Assembly: GCA_965195345.1 (NCBI GenBank)
Contig: OZ239628.1
Coordinates: forward strand, 416,001-480,000
Source of the DNA: an uncultured Thiomicrospira sp.
GTDB taxonomy: Bacteria; Pseudomonadota; Gammaproteobacteria; CAKMZV01
Length of the DNA stretch: 64,000 nucleotides
Reading direction: 5' to 3'
Shown in pieces: positions 18,390 to 31,694 of this stretch (position 1 is its first letter; every line of letters starts with the position of its first letter). The position numbers and the translations under genes were made by a program. The notes beneath the pieces were generated by a model that saw only the letters and a list, made by a program, of their open reading frames with translations, was not told the DNA's origin and did not search any database.

Positions 18390-18856
18390 TAAGTCAAACA
18401 CTAATAAACCAAACACTTCAAGCAGCTCAGCAACATTGTCAAGATAAAGGGTTGCAGTTTACAAATAAACGATCTGAAATATTAGAACTTATTCTGCAAT
18501 CAGATAAGCCACTTTCGGCTTATGACATCATCAATATTTATCAAAAACAGTTTGCTAAGGTAATAGCGTCTGTTTCTGTTTATCGAATTTTAGATTTTTT
18601 AATTGACGCACAGCTCGTACATAAACTACAAAGTAGTAATAAGTACTTTGTGTGTGCGCACATACGTTGTACGCATGCACATCAATTGTCTCAATTTTTA
18701 ATTTGCGACCGTTGCCATCAGGTTAGGGAAATTGATATGCAACCGATGCTGACTAAAATGTTAAAAGAAGCAGTCTCCACCGTTGATTTCCAATTAATTG
18801 ATAAAGCAATAGAGTTGCACGGGATTTGTTTCAACTGCCAACAGAATGAAGCTTGA
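18380..18856 (+). CDS. Fur-family regulator, Zur-like
   Basis: SAYDII, SVYRILDFL, HKLQSSNKYFVC, His-rich loop and two CxxC motifs (CDRC, CFNC). Start at ATG 18380. Confidence 0.85.
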   Translation: MSLISQTLINQTLQAAQQHCQDKGLQFTNKRSEILELILQSDKPLSAYDIINIYQKQFAKVIASVSVYRILDFLIDAQLVHKLQSSNKYFVCAHIRCTHAHQLSQFLICDRCHQVREIDMQPMLTKMLKEAVSTVDFQLIDKAIELHGICFNCQQNEA

Positions 18857-19034
18857 TTTGTTTGAAGCGTTTGCTTGAGATGTGATTTTTTATCATAACC
18901 GACATTTAATATTTTAAATGTCACTTTACTGAAATGGCACTATAAGCGGTAGCTTAAGAGCAACAATTCTCATTTATTCTGCTGTAAAGTTGGTATAAAA
19001 ATCAGGTGTATTTCAGGTGCTGAAATTTTACGTA

Positions 19035-19148
19035 AAAGAAAATTAAAAAGAAAGTGAAAAAACACTTGCCAAGCGCGGAGTATGTGTATACAATGCGCGC
19101 CTCTCTTGAAAGGGACTTAGGTTCATGAAGAGAGATGTTCTTTAAAAA
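19035..19148 (+). promoter_or_regulatory. rrnP1-like promoter with boxB-like hairpin and boxA, directly upstream of the 23S gene
   Basis: A-rich UP element, TTGCCA (19066)-17 bp-TACAAT (19089), GCGCGCC discriminator, CTCTCTT...AAGAGAG hairpin, boxA TGTTCTTTAAAAA (19136-19148). Confidence 0.8.
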
Positions 19149-19302
19149 TTTGGTAGAGCCAAGAACACGGATCAAAAGCGATTTTCAAATTTAAATCAAT
19201 TTTGTGAAAGTTAATTCAGCGAGTTTAACTTATATTAGTTATTAGTTAGAAAAAATAGTGACGTAGAGTCTCAAATTACTGAAAGGTGATTTGGGGTTAT
19301 AT

Positions 19303-22168
<2,866 letters not shown>

Positions 22169-22296
22169 ATGTAACACCTAAATCACTTTAGTGATTTGAG
22201 GCTACATAGTTCACTAATCTCAAAAGATTAATTTTTAACGTGGACTTGGCGTTTACCGAATAATGAGGGCTTGCATTGCAAGTGCTCGTACCAGTT

Positions 22297-22414
22297 TGCC
22301 TGGTGACCATAGCAAGATCGAACCACCTGATCCCATACCGAACTCAGAAGTTAAAGGTCTTAGCGCCGATGGTAGTGTGGGAGTTCCCATGTGAGAGTAG
22401 GACATTGTCAGGCA
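22297..22414 (+). rRNA. rrf: 5S ribosomal RNA
   Basis: TGCCTGGTGACCATAGC...CCCATACCGAACTCAGAAG...GAGAGTAGGACATTGTCAGGCA. Confidence 0.97.
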
Positions 22415-22428
22415 TTGAACATCCCCCT

Positions 22429-22461
22429 GGGGTGGCAGCTTTTAGTTGTCGCCCCTTTTTT
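22429..22461 (+). terminator. Intrinsic terminator of the 23S-5S unit
   Basis: Hairpin GGGGTGGCAGC/GTTGTCGCCCC followed by a T run. Confidence 0.85.
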
Positions 22462-23301
22462 ATGGGAGAATCTCACTGTGTTATGTGTCTTTTTTTCGTA
22501 GTAGTAGCAAAGAGCTTGTATTGAGGAACATGTCAACATTACTGATGCGTTCCGAATGCTTTGAAAAAACACAATAAACATTCATTAACGGTAGTGGAAA
22601 TGTGCCAATTGGAAGCGGAAGTGAGGCATGAATTTGGAGTACCAAAAAGCATGATATACCCTCAACCTTTATTGTGATGTGCGGTTAGATTCTTATTAGC
22701 ACCAAATATGTCATTTTCAATATTGATATCTTAATATACTTTTTTTTATAACTTCATGTTTGCGTTGTTCATATATTTTGGTATTAACGTCACGTCATTT
22801 TTGGTTGCACTACGATTCCGATCAGCTACTGAACTCTAGTGTGATAGTCATAGTATTTGCGTGATAATCTCACCATCCAAATTGGTAGTGTAGTCGTTGG
22901 GCTATTTCATAGGAATAGTAGAACCTCCATCTTCTGTGGTATTTTCATCGCCAAAGGAATTGCCATTTAAACTTATGATTGCGAAGATATCAAAAAAATC
23001 TTCAACGTTTCAATCGGCGATGAAAATTGCCCAGTTGATATCCATGTCTGAAAATTGGTCAATATGCGCTGAATGTGTTGCTGTGAAAGTATTATGTTTA
23101 AAAAACTATATGCATATTTCATGCGGATTCAATTAACGGTTCTTTGAAGAGCTGATTAAAAAGAAATCGTTCCCCCATTTAACGAGCGTTTGTATGTAAG
23201 TATTGACTACTGATGCTAGGAAAAACTGCGAGTGAAGTATGGTGGTATTGATGAATTCATACAAAGGTATGCGAAGTGATGATTATTCGCCAGTCGTTGC
23301 T

Positions 23302-23805
23302 CTAAATATTTCGTGAGTCGTAAGCCCAATGCAACAGTGCTTGCCTTTGTTTTTTGCGACAATTGAGATCAAATGGTTCGCAGTATTTTTTTAATGCGCC
23401 GATGTGGCGTTTAAAAGCACGCCAACGGTTTATTTGGTGCATGTCTTCTATTTCGGTTCTTCGACCTAAGTAATATCTGCAATACCATTGAAACCATCCA
23501 CGAGGGTCTTGAGGGTGTATCCAGCCTTTATTCATCCAAACAGATAGAGGCTGCGAGGCATCAATAGCAAAATAATTTAAGCGGATGTCTTTTTTAGTGG
23601 GACTGAGCTTTGCGTTGGCGAACCAATGTGCAGGAAACTCTTCGGTGCAGTCAGTTAAATATTTCCCTCCAAACACCCCCAACGATAGCATGTCTTTGGG
23701 GGTTAGTTCGGGGGTGAAATCAGACTGAAAATTTTTACCGCTGGGTTCAACGCAAATATAATAATATCCTTGTTGCATTTTGTCATGAACATGAATTTTC
23801 TTCAT
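23302..23805 (-). CDS. Conserved hypothetical protein
   Basis: 167-aa ORF with strongly patterned motifs LTPKDMLSLGVFGGKY, DPRGWFQWYCRYYLGRR and RQALLHWAYD; function unknown. Confidence 0.75.
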   Translation of the reverse strand: MKKIHVHDKMQQGYYYICVEPSGKNFQSDFTPELTPKDMLSLGVFGGKYLTDCTEEFPAHWFANAKLSPTKKDIRLNYFAIDASQPLSVWMNKGWIHPQDPRGWFQWYCRYYLGRRTEIEDMHQINRWRAFKRHIGALKKYCEPFDLNCRKKQRQALLHWAYDSRNI

Positions 23806-23842
23806 AGTGTCTATTATTAATGGTTGTATATTGTGGACTTGG

Positions 23843-25102
23843 CTATGAGTTTAACAGGTTCGTTTCAAAAGGAAATTGCGATAGTAACTCGATCCCATTT
23901 TCTTTGATGAGTACTTGCTCTTCTAACTTGACGCCTTCGTGTCCGCCTTCTTCACCGATGTAGCTCTCTACGCAAATGGTCATTCCTGCTTGTAGTATTC
24001 CATTGTAGCCCGCATTGGGAAAGTCACTGTGGTGATATAGATATGGAAATTCGCCAGTCATACCCACACCATGAGCCGACAAGTAATATCGATTAGCATG
24101 ATATTTTGGGGGGATGTCCCAAGCTTTTTCTGCGTACTCTCGAAAGGTCATGCCTGCTTTTAAAATGCTAAGATTGTGTTGAACTTGTTCGTAGGCTACT
24201 TTATAAAGAGTGCGTTGATCTTCAGTCGGATCATTAGGTCCTGCATGGAAGGTTCGGGAAAAGTCAGCGTAATATCCGTGACAACCAACCACATCGGTAT
24301 CAAGGGCGATTAATTCATTTTCGCCAATGATTTTGGGTGATGTTTCTTGAAACCAAGGATTTGTGCGCTCTCCAGAATTCAATAATCGTGTTTCTACATA
24401 GTCGCCATTAAGGGCAATTATTGTCTGATGCAAAATAGACCACAATTGATTCTCTGATAATCCCGGTCGAATAGATTCACGCAATTTGCCAACACCGATT
24501 TCTGTAGCACGCAGCGAGGCGACGACGCATTTCATTTCCTCATCAGACTTGATTGCTCTTGCCATTTCAACGGATTCTTGGGCGTCTACCAACTGTGCAC
24601 CTTCTTCAGCCATTGCCAATGTTACTCCAGCATTCATCCTTTCCATACCGATTATGGGGTTTTTACCAACCAATTCACCGATGGTGTGCATTATGTCTTT
24701 CGCCCATGTTTTCTCACGTATGGTAATGCCTGAACCTGCAGCAACAAAACTTGCAGTTAAGGCTGGGCGTACTTCGCTAATGGTTTCATAGCCATCTGCA
24801 AGGTGCATACAACCAGTAAACTCATACAATATGGATTCGTTTTGAGTTAATAATAGATAGCGAGACGGTGCATTTCTTGCTGAGAATACTTGCATATTTC
24901 TTGTTCCCGTTGCATATCGAATGTTGACGGAATCTGAAAGTATAAGGGCATCAATATTACGAGATGCCATTTCTTTACGGACACGCTGTAGGCGGTATTG
25001 ACGTACCGATTTTAAATCAATTGTTTGGTTATCTGCTACGCTGTCGAGTTGTGCTAAAAGCGCGAGGTCTGCGCGTTCAGCATGCCAATCTAAATTTGCC
25101 AT
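23843..25102 (-). CDS. M24 peptidase-fold protein, DMSP lyase DddP-like
   Basis: NIRYATGTRNMQ, ETRLLNSGERTNPWFQE, DTDVVG, HGVG and VKLEEQVLI resemble the DddP subfamily. Confidence 0.75.
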   Translation of the reverse strand: MANLDWHAERADLALLAQLDSVADNQTIDLKSVRQYRLQRVRKEMASRNIDALILSDSVNIRYATGTRNMQVFSARNAPSRYLLLTQNESILYEFTGCMHLADGYETISEVRPALTASFVAAGSGITIREKTWAKDIMHTIGELVGKNPIIGMERMNAGVTLAMAEEGAQLVDAQESVEMARAIKSDEEMKCVVASLRATEIGVGKLRESIRPGLSENQLWSILHQTIIALNGDYVETRLLNSGERTNPWFQETSPKIIGENELIALDTDVVGCHGYYADFSRTFHAGPNDPTEDQRTLYKVAYEQVQHNLSILKAGMTFREYAEKAWDIPPKYHANRYYLSAHGVGMTGEFPYLYHHSDFPNAGYNGILQAGMTICVESYIGEEGGHEGVKLEEQVLIKENGIELLSQFPFETNLLNS

Positions 25103-25256
25103 AATTGCCTTTTAAAATTCTTACTTGCATTTTTTTATTTCAATATTCATCAAATACTCTTGCATGCTGAATTCTACACTGCTTGGTATAGTAATGGCTT
25201 TAGAGGGTACAATTCCTCTTTATATATTTTCTACTACTTTACTACAGGATGACATT

Positions 25257-25685
25257 ATGTTACGAGGGTTCAAGTGTTGGTTGTTGGTCGGTTGTTTTTT
25301 ATCAACAGGGGTGCTTGCAGAGCAAACAGCACTGACGGTGGTTGTTAAAAAAGTAGAATCCAATGAAGGAGAGATTGCTATAGCAATCTATAGAGACAAA
25401 GACAACTGGTTGGATACAGACTTTGCTTTTCTCAAGAAAAGAGTTAAAGCTCAAAGCGGAGAAACGCGCATTTTTTTCCCGTCATTACCTATCGGGGAAT
25501 ACGCCATCGCCGTTTATCATGATGAAAACGGTGATGGCTCGATGGATACTAATTTCATAGGAATTCCAACGGAAGGGGCTGGTGCCAGTCGTGACGCGGA
25601 AGGCAACTTTGGACCGCCATCTTTTGAAGATGCTGTTTTCAATTTTAAGGAGTCATCCACTACGGTTATACATCTTAATTATTGA
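25257..25685 (+). CDS. DUF2141 family exported protein
   Basis: Signal peptide; GEYAIAVYHDENGDG, TNFIGIPTEG and GPPSFEDA. Start at ATG 25257. Confidence 0.8.
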   Translation: MLRGFKCWLLVGCFLSTGVLAEQTALTVVVKKVESNEGEIAIAIYRDKDNWLDTDFAFLKKRVKAQSGETRIFFPSLPIGEYAIAVYHDENGDGSMDTNFIGIPTEGAGASRDAEGNFGPPSFEDAVFNFKESSTTVIHLNY

Positions 25686-25759
25686 AGGTTGTCTTAATCA
25701 ACAGAGATGATTACGTTTAAAAAGAGAAATTAAAGAGTGTTAGTAAGTAAAATGCGATT

Positions 25760-26248
25760 ATGAGTCAAGAAATAATAGCAGTTTATCCTGGTACTTTTGA
25801 TCCTGTTACTAATGGTCATGTAGATGTAATTCAGCGCGGTGCTCGATTATTTAAACGTTTGGTGGTGGCAGTAAGTGAACACAATCAAAAGCAGACGCTA
25901 TTCGATTTGCAAGAGCGCATAGCGATGGTTGAGCATGTGTGCAGCTCAATGAGCAACGTATCGGTAGCAGGTTTTAGCGGTTTGTTGGTTGATTGTGTTA
26001 AACAACATCAGGCGGGTGTGCTAATACGTGGACTACGCGCCGTCTCAGATTTTGAATATGAATTTCAACTGGCAACAATGAATCGCCGTCTTAGCTCTAA
26101 TGTTGAAACTATATTTCTTACGCCTGCTGAGCATAATACCTTCTTGTCAAGCACGTTGGTTCGAGAAATAGCGGGTCTTAAAGGCGATGTGTCCTCTTTT
26201 GTTGATCCATTTGTAGCGGATAAATTGAGCAAGCGTTTCCAAGTATAA
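25760..26248 (+). CDS. coaD: Phosphopantetheine adenylyltransferase
   Basis: [24 protein letters not shown] and SSTLVREIA. Confidence 0.97.
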   Translation: MSQEIIAVYPGTFDPVTNGHVDVIQRGARLFKRLVVAVSEHNQKQTLFDLQERIAMVEHVCSSMSNVSVAGFSGLLVDCVKQHQAGVLIRGLRAVSDFEYEFQLATMNRRLSSNVETIFLTPAEHNTFLSSTLVREIAGLKGDVSSFVDPFVADKLSKRFQV

Positions 26249-26256
26249 TAAGAGCT

Positions 26257-27276
26257 ATGTTAACATTTATAAACCCTAATCGCAAGTGGGGCGAAGTTTG
26301 TAATGATTGGAAGATCGAAGAAGTTCGAGCAATCATGACAAAACCATTTTCTGATTTAATATTCCTTGCCCAGCAAGTTCATCGTCAACACTTTGATCCC
26401 AATGAAGTACAGGTAAGTACTTTATGCAGTATTAAAACGGGCGGTTGTGCCGAAGACTGTGCTTATTGTGCGCAAAGTGCGCGCTATCAGACCGATGTTG
26501 AAAAGGAACGGATGATGGCTGTTTCTGAGGTGGTTGAAAAAGCCAAAGCTGCAAAAGAAGCTGGCGCTACTCGTTTTTGTATGGGGGCTGCTTGGCGTAA
26601 TCCTAAACAACGTCAATTAGCCGACGTTGCAGACATGGTGCGCGAAGTGAAAGCGCTTGGATTGGAGGTGTGTGCAACGTTGGGCATGCTGACCCCCGAA
26701 CAAGCAAAGACTTTGCATGATTCAGGACTTGATTATTACAACCACAATCTTGATACCTCAGAGGCGTACTATCCTAAAGTCATTACCACGCGAACTTTTC
26801 AAGATCGATTGGACACTTTGGAAGCAGTGCGTATGGAAGGGATGAAAGTGTGTAGCGGTGCCATTATTGGTTTGGGCGAAGAACACAAAGATCGCGCTGA
26901 ATTATTGCGAACGTTTGCCAATTTAGAACATCATCCAGAGAGTGTGCCGATTAATTTGTTGGTACCTATTGAGGGAACTCCTTTGGCGCATATGCGCGAT
27001 AAAACGGATGCTTTTGAGTTTGTTCGAGTGATAGCTACAGCGCGCATTTTAATGCCTAAGTCACGTGTTCGTCTATCGGCGGGGCGTAATGAGATGAGTG
27101 ATCAAACGCAGGCTTTATGTTTCCTCGCAGGGGCAAATTCTATTTTTTATGGTGACCAATTATTGACCACGGATAATCCAGATACCCAAGCAGACAAAGA
27201 GTTACTTAATCGATTAGGGATGTACATTCAAAGCGGCGAGGCTGCTCTCGAAGAAGCGCGTGTAGCTTCAAAGTAA
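26257..27276 (+). CDS. bioB: Biotin synthase
   Basis: [13 protein letters not shown] radical SAM motif, [14 protein letters not shown] and RLSAGR. Confidence 0.97.
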   Translation: MLTFINPNRKWGEVCNDWKIEEVRAIMTKPFSDLIFLAQQVHRQHFDPNEVQVSTLCSIKTGGCAEDCAYCAQSARYQTDVEKERMMAVSEVVEKAKAAKEAGATRFCMGAAWRNPKQRQLADVADMVREVKALGLEVCATLGMLTPEQAKTLHDSGLDYYNHNLDTSEAYYPKVITTRTFQDRLDTLEAVRMEGMKVCSGAIIGLGEEHKDRAELLRTFANLEHHPESVPINLLVPIEGTPLAHMRDKTDAFEFVRVIATARILMPKSRVRLSAGRNEMSDQTQALCFLAGANSIFYGDQLLTTDNPDTQADKELLNRLGMYIQSGEAALEEARVASK

Positions 27277-28422
27277 ATGGCACCTCTCTTAGAGCGGGCA
27301 AGGGATATAGTCAACAGTAGCAAGGCGAAACGTTTGTATCGACAGACGTACGCTACTGTTGCATCAAAAAACGCACGTTTCACTCATGATGGGAAAGAAT
27401 ATTTGGGTTTTTGTTCCAATGACTATCTTGGTTTAGCAAATCACAAAGCACTCATAGTAGCCCAGCAAGATGGCGTTAAAAAATATGGACTTGGAGCAGG
27501 ATCTGCGCATCTAATTATTGGGCATAGTGAGGCACACGGGACGCTTGAAAAACTTTTTTCTCAATATTTAGGCGTTGAGGATGCTTTGTTGTTCTCTACG
27601 GGTTATATGGCAAATATTGGGGTGATGAGTGCATTGGTTATGCGTGATGATGTGCTTTATAGCGATCGGTTAAATCATGCATCACTTATCGATGCGCAAC
27701 GCTTGAGCCGAGCAAAGGTACATCGTTATGGGCACCTTGATCTTGCTTGGGTCAAAAAGCATTTTGATGACAGGCGAACAAATTGGATTGTCAGCGATGG
27801 TATTTTTTCAATGGATGGTGATAGCGTCGATACTTCCGAATTGTTAGCATTGAGCACGCGCTGTAATATTTATATTGATGATGCTCACGGCTTTGGCGTT
27901 ATTGGTGGTGGGCGTGGGGTACTGGGCGACCATAAGATTCCAGATAATTTATTGTATATGGCAACGCTTGGAAAAGCAGCAGGCGTAAGTGGTGCTTTGG
28001 TTGGAGGAAAGGCTGAAATTATTGATGCTCTACGGCAAGTAGCGCGCACGTGGATGTTTACTACAGCGATGCCTCCGTCGCTCAGTTGTGCTGCACAAAA
28101 AAGCATGGATTTGATTTTTAGTGATGAGGGGAGTGCTTTAAGGCAAAAGTTGCAAGCAAATATATCGCATCTCCGTGAAGGATTGCTTCAACAAAAATGG
28201 GTTATGATGGATTCACAAACACCGATTCAGCCGATATTGGTTGGGTGCGCTGAAGATGCGTTGGAATTGTCATTTAAGTTACGTGAACAAGGTTTTTGGG
28301 TTCCTGCCATTCGCCCTCCAACCGTTCCCGAAGGCGAAGCGCGTTTGCGTATTACACTAAGCGCGGCACACAGCAGCGATGATATTGATGCATTTTTGGA
28401 TGCTATGGAGAAGGTGTTATGA
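27277..28422 (+). CDS. bioF: 8-amino-7-oxononanoate synthase
   Basis: SNDYLGLA, DRLNHAS, DDAHG, TLGKA and IRPPTVP. Confidence 0.95.
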   Translation: MAPLLERARDIVNSSKAKRLYRQTYATVASKNARFTHDGKEYLGFCSNDYLGLANHKALIVAQQDGVKKYGLGAGSAHLIIGHSEAHGTLEKLFSQYLGVEDALLFSTGYMANIGVMSALVMRDDVLYSDRLNHASLIDAQRLSRAKVHRYGHLDLAWVKKHFDDRRTNWIVSDGIFSMDGDSVDTSELLALSTRCNIYIDDAHGFGVIGGGRGVLGDHKIPDNLLYMATLGKAAGVSGALVGGKAEIIDALRQVARTWMFTTAMPPSLSCAAQKSMDLIFSDEGSALRQKLQANISHLREGLLQQKWVMMDSQTPIQPILVGCAEDALELSFKLREQGFWVPAIRPPTVPEGEARLRITLSAAHSSDDIDAFLDAMEKVL

Positions 28423-29024
28423 TTGAAAACCAGAACAAGTCGTTTATTCTTGCCTCGTCATCGCCCACACGTAAGCAGTTGCTTGAGCGTTTGGTGTTGC
28501 CTTTTGAATGTATTAGCCCCAACATTGATGAGAGCCGCTTGTCGAATGAACTAGTAGAGGATTTTGTTGTTCGGTTGGCGCGCTCAAAAGCTAAGAAAAT
28601 CAGCACTGAAAATCCGCATGCATTGGTTGTAGGTTGTGATGAGGTTGTGGTTAATCTTGATGTGGACGCTCAAATCCACTTAGGTAAACCTGGCAACCAT
28701 GAAGTTGCGATAACTTATTTGCAACAGGCATCAAATTGTCGTTTGCGCTTTTTAAGTGCTATGAGCGTCTGTTATATGGGTGAGGAGCGTAATTTTTTGG
28801 CTAATACTTATGTTCAATTTAAAAAATTGACTGCCGATGAGATTGAGTATTATTTGCAATCAGACAAACCGTATCAGTGCGCAGGAGCGTTTAAGTCGGA
28901 GACATTAGGTGTGGCGCTTTGTGAATCAATCGTGGAAGACGAACCGGGTGCGTTGATGGGATTGCCGTTGATTAGCTTGTGTAAGGTTTTGACGGAGTTT
29001 GGACTGAGCCCGCTTCGGGCTTGA
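28419..29024 (+). CDS. Maf-family nucleotide pyrophosphatase (YceF-like)
   Basis: ILASSSPTR, LGKPG, CAGAFKSE and LMGLPL. Confidence 0.9.
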   Translation: MIENQNKSFILASSSPTRKQLLERLVLPFECISPNIDESRLSNELVEDFVVRLARSKAKKISTENPHALVVGCDEVVVNLDVDAQIHLGKPGNHEVAITYLQQASNCRLRFLSAMSVCYMGEERNFLANTYVQFKKLTADEIEYYLQSDKPYQCAGAFKSETLGVALCESIVEDEPGALMGLPLISLCKVLTEFGLSPLRA

Positions 29025-29089
29025 TTTTCTGAAAAATTGCTACCGTTCTGATAGCAATTGAATGCAGTTTTCGGGTTTAATTTGAGGTT

Positions 29090-29533
29090 TTAGCTCAGGC
29101 GCTTGCGGATTTCTTCGCTAACAAATTTCATGTCGGCGCGCGTGCCTAAAGCAGTTTTTGCCAGTCCCATTACTTTGCCCAAATCTTTTATGCCTTCGGG
29201 TTTGGCTTGTTTCATTAGATCGTCTATTTTGGATTTTATTTCTTCTTGCGTATAAGGTTTTGGAAGGAACGATTCAACAATTTCCATCTCCGACTGTTCT
29301 TTTATCGTTAGATCTTCTCGACCAGCTGCATCAAATTGTTTGATGGATTCTAAGTACTGTTTTTTCATTTTATTGATTATGTCCAGTACACCACCATCAT
29401 CCAATTGCAAACGACCATCAATTTCTTTTTGTTTGATTGCTGAGTTTATCATGCGAATTGTGCCAGAGCGCATTTTATCTCCAGCCTTCATGGCTTCATG
29501 CATCTCGTTATTTAATCGCAGTTTTAAAGACAT
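29090..29533 (-). CDS. GatB/YqeY domain protein
   Basis: AMKAGDK, IKQKEID, AGREDL and DLGKVMG; downstream of rpsU. Start at ATG 29533. Confidence 0.9.
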   Translation of the reverse strand: MSLKLRLNNEMHEAMKAGDKMRSGTIRMINSAIKQKEIDGRLQLDDGGVLDIINKMKKQYLESIKQFDAAGREDLTIKEQSEMEIVESFLPKPYTQEEIKSKIDDLMKQAKPEGIKDLGKVMGLAKTALGTRADMKFVSEEIRKRLS

Positions 29534-29573
29534 GGTTTTTTGCTGACCTGTAACTTTGTGCAAGCTTTCTTAA

Positions 29574-29786
29574 TTATCGACCGCTCAACATAGCACGTTC
29601 ACGACCAAGGCGAATGTGAAGCCGCTTGCGTGCCATTGCTTTGGTACGCTTCTTTGCCCAAGTAGGCTTTTCATAAAATTCACGAACTCTTGATTCAGCA
29701 ACGATTCCTGCCTTATCGCAAGAGCGTTTGAAGTGGTGTAAAGCTGACTCAAAAGAATCGTTTTCGCGGATAGTTATGCTTGGCAT
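29574..29786 (-). CDS. rpsU: 30S ribosomal protein S21
   Basis: [25 protein letters not shown] and REFYEKPT. Confidence 0.95.
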   Translation of the reverse strand: MPSITIRENDSFESALHHFKRSCDKAGIVAESRVREFYEKPTWAKKRTKAMARKRLHIRLGRERAMLSGR

Positions 29787-29989
29787 TTGTGGATAATCCT
29801 TAAAGTATTTTGTGCACTTAACAGTGTTGAATAAATCAACACCCCGTAAATAAAAAGGAGGGGATTATACCAGATGAGATGATAAATCTCCAAAAGCTGA
29901 ACGCGTTGATCGATAAAAGGTTGTGCTTTAAGTGCAGATATAGGGGTGGCGATTTAGAAAAGGTTTAGAAGATGGGGATAATTTTTTAT

Positions 29990-31684
29990 TTAAGAGTATT
30001 GTTTTAGCAGTTTTTGAAGGCTTGCAATTAATGTGTTGAAAGAGGAATTATTAACTTTTTTATTGATGTCGTAGCTTAATTGATGGTGGTAGTACCAAGG
30101 CAATGCTTCTCCTATTCCTACACCGAGAATAGGAAGAAGTGGGGTGAATCGTTGAATGACTTGTTGCAGGTGTTTGCTGAGGATGTCATCTTGGTTTTGC
30201 AGTCGTGTGCACGTGTCTGAAGGATAGCTGTCCGATAAAATGATTAGGCAACGTTGTCCTTCCTGTTTGATTAAACGTTTGCATGCCCAATCGAGGCTCT
30301 CACCGTCTATGCTCTCTTTGTATATGTTATCTTTAAGTAATCCTGCCATATGCGTTTTCCTACTAGTGTAGGATTGCTCATAAGATTTGAATTGGATGAG
30401 CAGGCGTTCATTTAATCGGCCGGGATTGTTTGGTTTCCCTTGTTGTTCCCAAAGTTTTAAAGCGTTGCCACCTTGCCAAGTGTTAGTTGTAAAGCCTATA
30501 ACTTCGGTTTTGATGTTTGCTATATTGCAAGCACGGATGATTGTTTCTACAAAGCCAGCCAGCCATCGGTTATGTGGACGGATGGAGCCAGAACAGTCAA
30601 TTAATACGCATAAGGAAGCATGGACTTCGGGTTGGGTAATGGGCTGAAGGAATGCGTTGTCAGACGCTTTTGCTAATGCAATTTGTACGAGTTGAGCGCC
30701 ATCAATGTATCCAGAATCATACCTATCGTGCATCAGAGGTACTTCAGGCTTTAAAAACAGTGACTTTAAACGTTGCGCAAGATGAATAACGTTGATTGGA
30801 TTTGCTATTATGAGTTGTTCAAGCTCATCACGCAACGTTTTCAAAGCTAATGGGCGAGCGATTTCTTCAATGGGCTTTTCAAAGTCATAAAGCGTGGTAA
30901 AGATTTTGTAATTGGGGTAGGCGCTGTCTAAAAGGGATACGGATTTTTGTAGACTACTTTTAGGATTTGGTCGTTCGATTTTTGCATCAAAAGCATTGAC
31001 ATCTAACCAATTCAGTAGGGCGTTGTTGATGCTGTCTTTATCTTTCTCATTCTTGCGCATATTTCGCTCTTGGTACACCATTTCTTCAATGATTTGGATA
31101 ATGGTGAGCGCGCATTTTGCATAGAGGCGTTGATCATGCCGATTGGCAAGCATTTTACTGAGTGCAATGCCAATTAGAGGGGCAATGCTTGAGCGTGTTT
31201 CTTCGATAATCCCTTCGGTTTCTTCAATGACAGCTCGAGCGTTTAGGCGCGCATAAACAATTTGTATAACGGAGTAGAGCAGAACTCCAATGTGCTGCTC
31301 AAGAAATCCATCAGCATGGCATTGGTGCGACCAACGTGTAAAGTTTGCCTCGATGTTTGAACGCATTCCTTTGTAGGTTGTGTCACAAATGGATTCAACA
31401 CGCAATTGCTCAAAGCAATCAAATAACCATTGACCTATTAAAGACTGTGGAGCCATTTCTTGGTGAAGGTCGGCATTAGAAAGTTGCTCGCGTAATGCAA
31501 TAGCGTCGATACGCCCACGCAAGGATGCGAAGCTCCCACTTTTATCAGGCTTTTTTAAGTGAAAATTGTAAACGCGACGCTGTTGTTGAAAATAAATGTC
31601 TTCATCAAAAATATGCAAATAAGGGTTATTTGCAAGCCCTCGCAGGGTGGCAGAATTTATTTGATTGAACTGGCTACTGCCCAT
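29990..31684 (-). CDS. CobT-like VWA-domain protein
   Basis: FEQLRVES N-terminal motif, MIDAS DCSGS, EVIGFTT, PGRLNE and KESIDGE match the CobT C-terminal VWA family. Confidence 0.8.
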   Translation of the reverse strand: MGSSQFNQINSATLRGLANNPYLHIFDEDIYFQQQRRVYNFHLKKPDKSGSFASLRGRIDAIALREQLSNADLHQEMAPQSLIGQWLFDCFEQLRVESICDTTYKGMRSNIEANFTRWSHQCHADGFLEQHIGVLLYSVIQIVYARLNARAVIEETEGIIEETRSSIAPLIGIALSKMLANRHDQRLYAKCALTIIQIIEEMVYQERNMRKNEKDKDSINNALLNWLDVNAFDAKIERPNPKSSLQKSVSLLDSAYPNYKIFTTLYDFEKPIEEIARPLALKTLRDELEQLIIANPINVIHLAQRLKSLFLKPEVPLMHDRYDSGYIDGAQLVQIALAKASDNAFLQPITQPEVHASLCVLIDCSGSIRPHNRWLAGFVETIIRACNIANIKTEVIGFTTNTWQGGNALKLWEQQGKPNNPGRLNERLLIQFKSYEQSYTSRKTHMAGLLKDNIYKESIDGESLDWACKRLIKQEGQRCLIILSDSYPSDTCTRLQNQDDILSKHLQQVIQRFTPLLPILGVGIGEALPWYYHHQLSYDINKKVNNSSFNTLIASLQKLLKQYS

Positions 31685-31694
31685 AAGTGCTATT

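Noticed and set aside
29788-29796. Perfect DnaA box (TTATCCACA on the minus strand), with near-matches around 148 and 51396
   Set aside because: Isolated single sites, one inside the rpsU RBS spacer; no cluster or unwinding element suggesting oriC.
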